Source: Gordius albopunctatus (Eukaryota). From it: a stretch of DNA of 64,000 nucleotides. Where the stretch lies: assembly GCA_964276515.1 (NCBI GenBank), contig OZ193910.1:5828001-5892000 (forward strand), read 5' to 3'. The position numbers were made by a program, and so were the translations under genes. Position 1 is the first letter of the stretch. Each line of letters opens with the position of its first letter. Below are positions 51,647 to 64,000 of this stretch, one piece after another. The notes beneath the pieces were generated by a model, which saw nothing but the letters and a program-made list of their open reading frames with translations, was not told the origin of the DNA and searched no databases.

Positions 51647-52353
51647 TACTCGAAATTTCTTTATCGCAAATCGGATTATCGCAAAAATCTTTTAATCGCG
51701 AAGTTAACCGCCATTTTGTTTTGTTTTTAACGATAATATTAACAAAAACATCGTTTATTGACAAATCGCTTAATAGTACAGTATCGGATATTCACAAACA
51801 TTTTAGAGTCCTTAAATCAACCAGATAATTATATAAAATATCGTTTTATTGCGAAGCGTAACAAATGAATATTTAATATAATGTACATATACTTTTATTT
51901 TTATCGTTTAATCGCAAAATATCGGCTTATCGCGAATTTTTTTCAGGCCCAAGGCCATGGGCGTAGCCAGCTTTCGGATCAGGGGGGGGGGGGGGGCGAG
52001 CAAAAAAAATCGCCCCGAGACTAAGTGAGAGCAAAAAAAAAAAAAAAGGTCGCCAAGACCTTTTTTTGGTATTTAACTTAGTAATTAAAATATTTTGCTA
52101 TTCTTTGGCCTCAACCCACCATTATTAATCAACAGTACAGTGTACAGAGGATATGTAAACGATGTATGAAACATAAAACTTAATTTCAATCAGGGGGGGG
52201 CGAAACACTAATTTTTTCCAATTTTTACATAAATTTACATTAAAAAATAGAAAAATTCTCATTCAGGGGGTGGGGGGCGGCCGCCCCGCCCCCCCTGCCC
52301 CCCCCCCTGCCTACGCCCATGCCAAAGGCTTTTCAATTAAACGGTTTTGACTG
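51647..52353. mobile_element. Second copy of the Tc1/pogo-type MITE with a CATGG hAT MITE nested at 51956-52321
   Basis: Reverse complement of 7283-7619 on both sides of the insert. The insert TSD is CCCAAGGC/CCAAAGGC. Confidence 0.82.
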
Positions 52354-52965
52354 TAATATTAATCTTTCTTTTATTTTAAAATAATCTTAATATTCTAATT
52401 TCATTATATCATTTACGTAATGTTTTTACCAAATTTATTTGACAACGCTTGAAATAATATATTGAGGTCAAATTTTATTTACAAATTTTGCATAGGAGAT
52501 TATTAAATTTTCAGATCATATCTAACAAGCAAAAAAAACAGTATTTTTGCAAATTTAAAACCATCTGATAAAATTACCTTTAGGAGGCCAAAAATGGTTT
52601 TGGGAGCCTGGTGCTATTTATCTTCATTTGGAGATGGTTCAATAAATTTAATTATTTAATTTTTATGGGTGCACACATGTGTCATAATTTTTCATTATAC
52701 TAACTTTAATTAAATAATTTATGATGAACATATTGATTTTGCATTATTTAGCCTTGTCCGACTTTGTAATATAATTTCGATTAATGCAAAAGTATACTAT
52801 TGAATTACTGCGTGAGTTAACGAGACTGACCCTACCACTTTAGACCTTTATTGAATAAGCATTATAGAATAAGAGTGGGGCGCGTAAAAATTGGAAAAAC
52901 CTCTATATAAAATAATCATACAGTATACGTATAATAAAGTCAAAGCACTGCTGCGAGGTAAAATT

Positions 52966-55900
52966 TTATTTTTTAGGCGTCTCAGCCGTTGATGCATCGT
53001 AGGATGAAGCATAATTTGGGTCGGTCGCGTCAGAATATGCTCCAGACTCAGCTCCATATGTTCCAGACTCGGCTCCATAAGTGCCAGATTCTGCGCCATA
53101 AGTTCCGTCAGTTCCGTAGGTGCCCTCAGTCCCATAAGCTCCGGACTCTGTACCGTAAGTGCCTTCAGTTCCATAGGTTCCTGATTCTGTACCGTATGTC
53201 CCTTCTGTCCCATATGTTCCTGATTCTGTCCCGTATGTTCCTTCCGTCCCATAAGTCCCTGATTCGCCTCCGTATGTATCATAAGTTCCGTAATCCCCGT
53301 AAGAACTGGCATAATCTGAAGCCTGTGGTTATTAATAATTACAAAAGGATGCATGTATGTTGATATGGAAATGAATGTTATAAACGATTCCGGTATGTAC
53401 AATAGTGTTGCAAGCTGGGTTTTGTTTGCTTGACCTTTGGTTTTAGTCACCTAGACATAATCAGATCAAATGTCTTTTCGTCAGCTTATTTAGTCGACCT
53501 CTAGGCATAGTCAAAATGAGAAAAAACGACCAGAGTCAATCGTTAATCTTAGTTAAACCAATGGTCGACCAAACAAACCCCCCCCCAGCCGTTTTTGCAA
53601 CACAAATGTAAAGTAAATTATGAAGAGGAAAATAGTTATAAAAAGATTATTGATAATATCCTATATAGTCTTGAGAACCCAGATAGTTATTGGTTCTTTT
53701 GTTTCTATTTTTCGCTATTTTCGATTTGATCGTATAAATTATAAGTGATATAGTGAACTACACTGTTGTGCTATGATAGGCTTAATTTCGTGATATAGAG
53801 AGCAAAAACAAAAACAGCAAGATAAATGGAATAGAGAACTTCTAAAAATATTTATGCTTTGCATTGCATTATATTATGTTTCGAGGCATGTTGATTCATA
53901 GGGCTCTTGTTTCAAATATTTTTTAATTTATAATTATGGGTTTATATGTTTTAACTTTATCACCTTTAGATCAATGCTCTAAAATTTAATAGATGCCAGA
54001 ACCATAATTAGAATTATGAGTATTTTTTGTTTTATCAACAATCTTTCTGCAAAAAGGACATTTATTCTTAAATAGACATTTCAATAAGATGTAGTTAAAA
54101 TTATCTGGGACTAAAATTTTAATTTCAAAATTAGGAGTAAAGCAATTTATAATATATAAATAATCACCTTAGAATAGGTATCTTGGGATTCATCATAATC
54201 ATAGTAGTCCTAATAAATATAATATATATATAAACAAGTGGTAATTTTAAAATAATATATATATATAATTTTTAAAACATCTGGCAAAACCATTATTTGA
54301 TTGCATAAAATTTGTCATAATTTGCACAATAAGAAATCAGCATAACCTAATATTTAACGTTTTGCAGATATTAACTCTACAGTTCAAGAAAATTTGACTT
54401 TCGTAAAGAATCTTTTTTAAGGATTTATTTTTGGGATTATTAGAGCCATAAAAAATCTAAAGTTTATACATAAATACTTATGCAAATATATAGCATGAGC
54501 TCCCTACATTTTTTGCTTATAATGTACACAAGATTTTGGAATAATACAGCGTTTATAGATCGGCAACATAACAAATTTTAAAACTGTAAATTTCAAAAAC
54601 TCTAACAAAGGAAATCATTATGCTTTATTTACTAAACTAAAATGTCTAGAAGCTACATTAAATACTACTGCTCTAACTTTTGAGTATTCATTTTGTTTTA
54701 TATCCTTTGAATCCAAAAGCGTAGCCAGGATTGGAATTAGAGGGGGGAATAATGATTTAGGGAGGGGCAAAATAATAATAATATTTTAAAGTTTTAGCTA
54801 CAATTATATCACTTTTTAATTTTTGGATTTAGAGGGAGAAGCCACCCTTCCGGGCCACCTCTTGGCTACGCCCATGTATGAAGCCCATATGCTTTCAAAT
54901 TTGGCACAAAAATCAAGGTATTCCCTATTATTTTGTGGTCCGTCTCCTAATTTTAGAGTCACCTGCTTCAAAACCACATCAGAGTAATTTTAAACAAATG
55001 CCTGAAGGCTCTTATAGTGTTAAATATAATTTTTTGGATTGAATAAGTGTATAGACAGCGGCGCACAAAAATGATATATATATATAACTAAAATTAAGGA
55101 GTAAAAATTAAATAATTGTATACGTCTTTGCCGTATTGGTCACCATAGGCGCTATCGTAATTGTCATACTCCCCAGAATTCCCATACGTGTAATCATAAT
55201 CGTAATTATAGCCTTGATCGTAGTCATCCATTTGAGCCTGGACATTCATTTCCACCGGTTTTGTGGTTTGTAGTGTGTTACTGAAACCGAAAAAACTTTT
55301 GCCCTCCTTCTTATCTCCACTACCCGAAGATTTTCCACCCGAGCCGCCCAGCATTACCGGTATCTTTATAACTTTAACAAGTTTAAATAAATGAAAATGT
55401 GATATTTCATCATTTCGAAAATTGTTTTAAATACGATTTAATCAACCTTTTTTTTGCGGATTATAGTAAAAATTTATTAAATGCTATAGATAATTTACTT
55501 TGAGTGGGTTTTTGTCCAGTGCTATAGGCATAGCCCATGAACCCAACGATGGATAGTAAAAAGACTACGACTACTATAACCCCGATCAGAGCTATAAGAG
55601 GGCCACTAGAACTATCTGAGGCATCCGCGACCGCTTTATCTACTTCACCAGCTATTAAAAAATGTTATTATAATTTATTTTTAAATATTAGTATAGTTTT
55701 TTTTAAAATTTATTTATACTCTGATTTCATGTTTGCCAGGCTAAAGGTTTTCATTTTATTTGGTCAACTATGTGTAAATGAAGTAAACAAATTGTCTCTA
55801 TTAAAAAGCTTTGTCTATCAAAGATATTTAGTGTAAAAAATATTATTCATTAAGCGAAACTTAATATGTTGCACTAAGAAATCTCAAAACTAACCTACTG

Positions 55901-58900
55901 ATGAACACATGGGGGTAACCATGAATGGATCTAGAGGGAAGCAATAATGATTAATGGAGGGGCAAATTAATAATTTTTTGAAATTTTAGCCATAATTATA
56001 ATAAATTTTGAAATATATTGGAATTTTAGGGGTCTAGCCGCCCATCCCAGCAATCCCGTGGCTACGCCAATGGCTGAATAGGTGAGATTCTAATGTCTCA
56101 CACCCCACACAAAATTTACCTTAAATGTTTTCATTATTAATGTAATTATGAATCAGTCTAAGTAAAGGAGTCAGTTTATCAAATTTAAGGATTCATATAT
56201 TTATTTTTTAGATAAATTAATTATAGCGGTATTCCGTGTCAAAATTATTTCAATCGGACCTAAAAAGCCATATTAAAACTCCAAAATGTAAAACTAACAA
56301 AATTTGTAACACTTGACTTGACGAACCATATGGAAGGACTGGTTTAAACTCAAATTATGAGCAAGCATAGTCTATTTGAAACTATTAAAATATGTCTCGT
56401 CATTTTACCCGCAGGTCCATAATAGCTTCTGATTAGTATTTTGGCGACGCTTTCCTTAGGTGGTGTCCCCATGTCACTAACTTTCAAAGTTAACTCTTCT
56501 TTTACCCCGGGATTCAATGGTTTCTTATCAGAGGTAAATATACCCCCTAGTTCTGGTTTGTACACAAAAGCAGCCGTGGAGGGATCATAAGTCTTTGCAC
56601 CTGTTCCTGCTGAAGGTGCCGGGACTAATTCAACTTTAGGTTTTAATGTACTATCATCTTTGTCCTTAACTATTACATCAACTACTTTGGTTCCTGGGGG
56701 CGTCAAGCTGGACAGAGATATTGTCTTGGGCAAGCCTACAAACTCCTGTGCAGGTTAAAAACGCGAGTAACCCATTTATACTTTTAAAGTCTTTTTTATT
56801 GTTTTCCCCCTCATTTCAAGTTTTGATATGAGAGATGATTATAATACTAAAGGTGTGTATGCTATTTAAAATACATTAGACAACATTTTTAGTTTCAAAA
56901 TTGGAAGTGTATTTATAAAAAATGGTGTTTTTTCGATAACTATTTAGTCTTTTTTGCTCAAAAATAAACGTATAGAGAGAGAGAATTATATAGGGTATAA
57001 GCACCAAGACCTCTAAAATACAATTTTAATTTCAGATTTTTACATGAGCATAGCCAGGATTGGAACTAGAGGGGAGGAATAATGCTTTATTGAAGGGCAA
57101 AATTGTAATTTTTTTAAATTTAAGCCATTTTTTTATGAAATTTTAAAGAATTTTTGACTTTAGAGGGGGCAGCCGCCCCCCCCCCCGCCACCCCCTGGCT
57201 ACTTCCCATGCACCAAGACCTCTAAATTTAGATTAGCTATAAACTTAATATGTAATTCAATTCACTAAATTTGTTAGTGTGATAGACATACATACCGGAG
57301 GGTATTTGTTGCTGGTTACTACTTTGACCAAAAGTCCGAATTGAGAGGTTAGAGGATTCTTACCCATATCAGATACTTGAACCAATAAGGGGTAAAATTT
57401 TTGTTCGTTGGCATTGAGAGGCTTAGCCAAAGTGATTTTCCCTGTGGAGGTGTCAATTATGAAACATTTATCTTCCCGCCTTTGTTGGCCACACTCGCCT
57501 CCTTTCAAGCTAAAAACCAAACCGGAACCTTCCATGGGATCTGGATCTTTGGCGTCCATTTGTGCCACTACGGTCCCTACCTTGGCATCTTCTTGTAAAC
57601 TTAATAAACAAGTGTATATGAGATATTTAACGAATAGACATTGAAGTTTAAAAAACAATACCATGGAGATGAGAATGCTAAGATGGGCGCTAGGAGTAAG
57701 CAAAAAGGAACATAAGCGAAATGAAGAAACAAGAAGAATTTTGGGTACTCCATCTATTACGACAAAGCTCCTAACAAACAGACTAAGATGGTATGGGCAT
57801 GTTGAGAGAAGGGACGATAGCTACGTCGGAAAGAAAATTAAAAAGATAAATTTCGCAGGAAAACGAAGAAGGGGAAGACCCAAGCTTCCCTGGATCCACA
57901 AAATAAGGCACGATATGAAATTCACAAGATAAAGAAAGATCTATGTAAATATAGAGACAAATGGAAACGAATTCTGAAAGGACTCACCACCAGCCTAGGT
58001 GGCAAACAGTCATAGAAAGAAGAAGATGATGATGAACAGGGAAATTAATTGGGCTCAGTTAGATAATCAAAACGCATAACGCTGACTTATGGTTCGCTTA
58101 TATTAATTGCTATGCAATTTATGGGCTCGCTTTTCGCTGTCCTCCGTCCGTCCAACGTTCTTAATTGCTGGTTCGATACCCGGAGAGGGCAATTTTTTTT
58201 AAATTAAATTAATATATTGTTCTTGTTAATACCATTGATAATACGACTTTTAGACCGTGTCCTGGCTACTGACCAATGAAAAAATTACCATTGGCCAAAG
58301 TGTAAATTGATTTTTTTTTCGTTTTTTTAATTGCTATATTTAGTTAACATAGATAATTACCTTTTGCCTTCCCCCTACAAGGGCCTATGCCTCTACTGAT
58401 ATGGGTCCCTGTGCCCCCCCTACAAATTTATTATATTACCTATACCTAGAAAAAATTTACAATATATTGAATATTCAACAACATGTTACGATTAAAAAAA
58501 TAGAATGTTTAAAACAAAACAGTGAGTTAACGATTAAAATTTTACAAAAGAAGGTAAAGTTTAGATAAATTTAATACTTTTCGGTCTTTATTCCATGAAA
58601 TTCTAAGTTTTAAAAATATTTTAGGTCCATGATTTGAAGATAAATTAATGGGGTATAACCATCTGTGAACAAATTATAACAATTTGCTGGGAATGTATTA
58701 AATTAAGAGATTTTTGCCTTCATTTTCAAAAATAAAATAATTTGTTCTTAAGGGCGCCTTCGTTTCCTTTTACTTCAACGAATTCTATTAAAGTAGCGAC
58801 AAAAACGACAAGTTTTTAACTAGACTAGCAAAATAACATTTAGTTAGCCTCAAGATTATATAATTTTTTGAAATAATATCAGAAGTAGCCAGGGGTGGCA

Positions 58901-61900
58901 GGGAGGGGGGGGGTGCCCCCCCCTTTGAATCTAGAAAACCTTTAGGGCTTAAATTTTAACAAATTATCATTTTGCCCCCCCCCCCCTTATTTTTTATTGC
59001 CCCCCTCTGATTCAAATCCTGGCTACGTTCTCATTTTAAATCGCTCTCCCACTATACTATTAAATCCGAGCTTACCCCAAGAGAAGATCCTGATAAGTCT
59101 TAATATGGGATTAAGCCTTTTTTACACGATCGAATTTTTGGGCCGACAAACTAAATTGACAGCTGAACATTTATTAAAGGAGTAGATGTTGATAGACCTG
59201 GCTTTTAGATAGTGGGTTTTGGAAGGGGCTGTTTAATTAGTTTATCCTAAAGACTATATAAATTTGTTATATATTTACTCAAACATTGGAAATGAATATA
59301 AACATTCACTTTTTGTAGCCGCCCTAATTTCACAGATTTCCACACCCAAGTTTATAAATTTGCTAAACAAGTGATGTTGTTTTCAATTGCAAAAAACGAT
59401 TTTTCATATTTCTCTCAAATTTTCTGCTAGAACGCATCACGGTTTGATAACTAAATTGCCTGCCAAGGCCAGCCAAAACTATTTAATTACCCAATTCACT
59501 AATGCTGTCCGAACAGCCGCGCCCAAAATGACGATTTTAAATTTCAAGAATTAATTTTGTCTTATTTTTAGAAATTTTTGATCTACCTAATTAGGTAATC
59601 GTTGGTATTTTGTTCAGCCCCTTTTGTGGACTTTGTTGCTTCAACTTTGCCTGCTGGAGATGTTATTTCGGATTCACCCAACGCCATTCCTATAGGATTT
59701 TGCAGCTCACATTGGTCTTTTTCTCCGTTATCGCGTTTTATCTTGGACATACCAGGTTTGGAGCCTAATTTTAAGGTTGGAGGGTAACGATTGGCCTACA
59801 ATATTATGACATCGCATATTATATTTGAAATAAATTAATAAATTATCGCGGGTTTTTTAATATTTTTAAGAAGATATATGGCGTTAATTAGGGTGTACTT
59901 CTTGTAAGTTAATTTCGGCACTCCTAAATGGGTTTATTATCATCTTCTTACAAATCGTATATCATATCATATAAGAGTATTATAACCTTTACCTAAATAT
60001 CCTCAATTCATTATGATGCCTCTAACAATTATGTTATACATCAAGCAAGATAGTGTTGTAAGAACGGTGGGTTTTCGACTAAATATAAAGAGACCTCCTT
60101 GGTCTGTTTTTCTTGATCAACCTCTAAGCTTGGCCGGAATATGAAAAAGAGACCAGAGTTAAGAGTTAGTCTTAATTGAACTCCCAGCCGTTTTTACAAC
60201 ACTACATCAAGATTTGGCGACAGTCAACACCTTTTTCTAACACAAATCTTTTAATGTTTTTCGAAAAGGGAAAAAATATGAAACAATTATTTATGCCCAA
60301 TAAAATACTGATTAAAAAAGGCGATATTACCAAAGTTGTGCCTTTAAAATAATTAAAAAGTAATCAAATCAAGTTAAATAGGAAGGGACACGACCATAAG
60401 TTTTTTCTACAGGGGGTTGTCGGGGGTAAAACTTATATCGAAATCAGAGTACAAAGTTGTGTTGTAAACGGCTGAATGGATTTTATTTGGGTGACAACCT
60501 TTGGTTGTAATTGACCAAACATAAAGAGGCCAAAGGTTCTGTGGTCGTATATCGATAGACTAATAAAATCATAGACTGCCAACAGCTGATCTTTACTGTT
60601 AAAGCCATTCAGACATTATTATAGCTGCCATTTCGAAGGAACATCTCAACCACGGGTATATTTACACTCCTCAACCATATAATATTAAGAATATAAATAA
60701 GACTGTTAGCTTAATTTATAAATTAAAAAAAAGTAAAATCCAGCGATAAATTATGTTAACTTCTATTGTTTGGTTACAATTTCCCACAAAATGGCGGTTT
60801 CTATACTTGCTGAAAAATTATCAGCTGTTCGGCAGTCTATGGTTTTATTAGTCTACGGGTCTATCTTCTTAGTCACTTAATCAAACTAAAGGTCTTTTAG
60901 TCAAACCGTTCGTCTGGTTTTATTCCACTAAGACAGGTCGAGCAAACAGAACCCAGCAGTTTTTATCACGCTAGTATAAAGTAAAAATGCTTATCGGCAC
61001 ATAGTTGTTACTTTATTCGCAAGTTTGAACTTAACATCCACTGATGTTGAATGCAGTGGATATCCGGAATCGATTGCTCTAACCGTCATTTGATAATGAG
61101 GTTTTTTGACGTAATTAAGAACGGAAGTAACATAAATTTCCCCGGTTTCTTCGTTCACTTCGAATTGGCCCTCACCGCCTTTTAAAAAATATCTAACAAA
61201 ACCCGGTTTTCCATCTTCCATTTGATCCTTGTCAACTGCAGTCACCTGGTTGGTTTTAAATTCAAAGTTAGTTTTATAGTATCATTTGGTGAGATAATAA
61301 ATTTGTTTTACACATGGGCGTATCCAGCGGCAGCAGGGAGGGGCGGCTACCCCTCTCTAAATCAAAAATTCTTTAAAATTTATTAAAATTATGGCTAAAA
61401 TTTTAATAAATTATTGTTTTGTCTCTCATTAAATCATTATTGATTCCCCTCTTATTCAATGCTGGCTATGTCCATTGTTGTACATTCAAAAAATTTTAAA
61501 TTATAAACTAAGGAGTAGATATTCATAAATTGGGCAATGCTTTAAAATGTGTATAATTCAATAACTCTTAACTTGTGTGGATTTTTTTTTGAATGCGTTT
61601 AATTTTCTTATAATATATATTTGTGATCACTTATATAACCGTTCCGAAAAAAAATCATCAGAAATTTAGTGTGGTTATTAAATTTATCATTATTACATAG
61701 TTTTATAAGGTTAATAATTAATTTATAATAATTTATTTAAAATATAAATTTTGGCCAAATTTTAGGACTCATAATAAACTTAACTACCTTTAAAACGGAT
61801 GTTCCTACAGCTACATCACTCGCCAAATCATCTAACGCATAATTCGGTTTTTCAAACACAGGCGCATTATCATTCGCATCCAATACTTTTACCTTAAAAT

Positions 61901-63016
61901 ATTTATCGTAAAATTTTATATAAATTTCTTTCATCTTCACAAAATAAGTATTTCATAAAAAAATAATAAATGATTATTATTTTAAGTTAAATTTTTTGGA
62001 ATAAAATAATAAAATTATTATAAATATTTACAACGACGTCACTGGGAGAAGATTCTTCCCGTGAAGTTTTGACCATAACTTGAAAATTGTAAACTGATTT
62101 CGCTTCTCTGTCCAATCCGTTAATGGTGCAAATATCACCGCTCTGTTTAATTTCAAAATCGGGCGGCGCGTTTATTAGCTTGTATTTGACGGGGCTTAGG
62201 AATGCATCGAAACCGGTGACCTGACCACGTGTATACCACAGTTAAAAGACTTGCAAAATGTTAAAAATAATTTTAATCCAAGTTTTTCTAGACTTAAACA
62301 CTAATAAAAAGCCAATTTATTCGCTTAAAATTATAATATGACATATTTTCCAAAATTGCTTTGTTTAATATTGGCGTTTGCTTTATTTTTTGTGGTAGTT
62401 TGGTGAAAAAATATCATCAGAGAGGTAGAAACCATATGGGTACTACAGTTTTTAAGAAGCAATCTTTAAAGTCTTAAAATTTAGTGAATCATACTACTAA
62501 TAATAATATAATGTTAAAACCTTTTTATAATGTTAAAAGTAAAACCGCACAATTTGAGGCCTTTTTTTTAATGAAGTATGTTAGAGGAATTCATTATTAA
62601 ATGAAAAAACACATCCGACTAACAAATCAATAAACTATTTAGCTAAAATTCGAGCCCAAAATTTTTACACGTTTAATATTAGCAAACTATTTTTAAGATA
62701 TGATATAAATTTTCACCTCACCTTTAACTCGTTATTCATTGAACTTAAAAAAACACTTTCATTGCTTCCGAAATTTTCAATGATGATAAATGTTTTTAAA
62801 TGGAGATATTACATTGTAAAAAATAGCGTCGTTTAAGGTGTAAACCTGTAGAAAACAAATTTTCTCGTTTTCCAAAACACTGGCGGTGTAAGATTTGAGT
62901 CCCAAGATGGGAACCGTGGGCCTGTAAATGGCGCCGGCTATTGGATGCTTTAGTGCGATATTACCCGATAAGAAGCAAAGGAATATTAATAGGGATGAAA
63001 TGCCTTGGTGCCTCAT
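52966..63016 (-). CDS. Atypical cadherin: signal peptide, 4 EC repeats, TM helix, Tyr-rich repeat cytoplasmic tail; 11 exons (62846-63016, 62032-62220, 61788-61892, 61012-61245, 59587-59795, 57296-57599, 56409-56745, 55499-55651, 55124-55371, 54168-54209, 52966-53322), 782 aa
   Basis: All ten introns are GT-AG with compatible phases and total 2349 nt. Cadherin motifs: SVLEN, LDRE, VLDANDNAPVF, AVDKD, TGEI, AIDSGYP, LQEDAKVGT, AKDPD, VSDMG.PP. TM segment LIALIGVIVVVVFLLSIVGFMGYAY. Confidence 0.88.
57660..58036 (+). mobile_element. 5'-truncated RTE LINE 3' end in a cadherin intron
   Basis: MEMRMLRWALGVSKKEH.RNE..R...RLRWYGHVERR......GKRRRGRPK.W, followed by a (gaa)n(gat)n tail. It is similar to the C-terminus of the 31187-35167 element. 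Confidence 0.88.
60553..60857. mobile_element. P-like palindromic MITE nested in a TAGTGTTG-family MITE
   Basis: tagactaataaaatcatagactgcc...ggcagtctatggttttattagtcta inverted termini resemble the CATAGACTAA TIR at 26466. Confidence 0.6.
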
Positions 63017-63509
63017 TTTATATCACCACATATGCTTTAGAAGATAGGTTAAATCATTAGTCGTGAACATTATTTAATATATTGAATATACATTAATGAC
63101 GTGTAAAATTGCAATAATCAAATGCAGCAATCGTAATGTTAAACAATGATATAATAGAATTTGTTTCCAATAATGGTGTAATGTCGGATTGATAAAATGA
63201 GAGGGTGCAAATGGGTTCAGATATTTCGGTCGTCCAGCAACCATTGTCGATAATTTGAAAAAAAAGAGAGGTAAGGAGGTAAATTACAAATAAGGAGGTA
63301 AATTATGAACGAATGCCGATGTTAAATTAAAAAAGATAAGGGAAATTACAAATGAAGGTATATGTAAGGTGTCGACAAGATTTAATTTGTAAACGAAAGG
63401 GTAATAAAAACCAGTTGAAATAGGAGGGTGAATAATAGCGAACACTGGCTGGAACAAGAGAGTTAATACTTATTGAAATAGTGGGGTAAACAACTTTAAG
63501 ATGAAGGAT

Positions 63510-63711
63510 CGCGAATCAAATAAGAATAACTTTAATTTATATGCCATCTAGGAGGACACATTTTAAATTAAAGAGACTAATTTGACTAAATTATCCCTAC
63601 CTCTTTTACAATGTGACTTGAAAATAAAAACAGATATAATATAACGTTTGTCGCTAATTCAAAATGTGTCCTCCTAGGTTATAAATTAGAGTTACTCATA
63701 TTTGATTCGCG
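63510..63711. mobile_element. Diverged relative of the hammerhead-bearing element, with inverted arms and only the 3' half of the ribozyme
   Basis: The minus strand gcga(c)aaacgttata..tatctgtt..attttc(a)agtcacat..aaaaga(g)gtagggat..attagtctct..ctagatggc aligns by eye with 25050-25139. 63510-63568 and 63656-63711 are inverted repeats. Confidence 0.55.
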
Positions 63712-64000
63712 GTTACCACCCGTCATATATCGGGTCCTCTTTATCCCGAACTATTTGCAATCTTTATTTCAACAATATATTATACCATATTTTATACTTT
63801 ATTAAATCAACAAATATATTATAAATTACATTTTCTCATACCTATATATACATCAATAGGTGATGATTAAAAAATAATTCATCATAAAATATTTTTAGTT
63901 AGTCCGTCTTTAGTCAACACAAACAAACTGGAAGGTTTACCCACGCGAGAACATTCCACGTATAGCTGTCCGTGAGAAAAGCATGGTGTGGCAAAATCTA

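Noticed and set aside
53040..53300. Ice-nucleation protein similarity of the GTYGTE repeats
   Set aside because: The period is 6/7 aa rather than the 8/16-aa AGYGST-type repeat, and the segment is predicted to be cytoplasmic.
52848..53450. 200-aa and 124-aa ORFs from the ORF track
   Set aside because: These are off-frame or antisense shadows of the cadherin last exon, and the first starts inside a MITE.
58050..58200. tRNA gene or tRNA-derived SINE (GGTTCGATACC B-box followed by a T run)
   Set aside because: It has no cloverleaf and the A-box spacing is wrong. At most it is a decayed SINE fragment.

Overview
This is AT-rich animal (invertebrate-type) genomic DNA, not prokaryotic. I reconstructed five spliced host genes by hand: a HIRIP3-like gene (+), an orphan secreted Cys-rich protein (+), DESI2/PPPDE1 (+), CDC16/APC6 (-) and a 782-aa atypical cadherin (-). 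Many of their introns are only 33-41 nt. The rest is densely packed, often nested transposons: three Ty3/Gypsy remnants, three RTE LINE copies (one full length with TSD), many hAT elements and MITEs with 8-bp TSDs, and probable Helitron, P-like, Harbinger-like and Tc1/pogo-like elements. Five observations stand out. (1) A 565-bp non-coding retro-insertion with a 15-bp TSD carries an intact minimal type-I hammerhead ribozyme in a 357-nt monomer (Penelope pseudo-LTR/retrozyme-like). (2) The cadherin cytoplasmic tail is a 33-tyrosine (GTYGTE[S])n low-complexity array instead of a catenin-binding domain. (3) A fold-back hAT element has one arm expanded into a ~90-unit minisatellite inside a DESI2 intron. 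(4) A Gypsy element has an extra Arg/Gly + zinc-knuckle-like ORF before its 3' LTR. (5) The secreted protein has 15 cysteines and a possible cystine-knot core. All family assignments come from motif recognition by eye; no searches were run.
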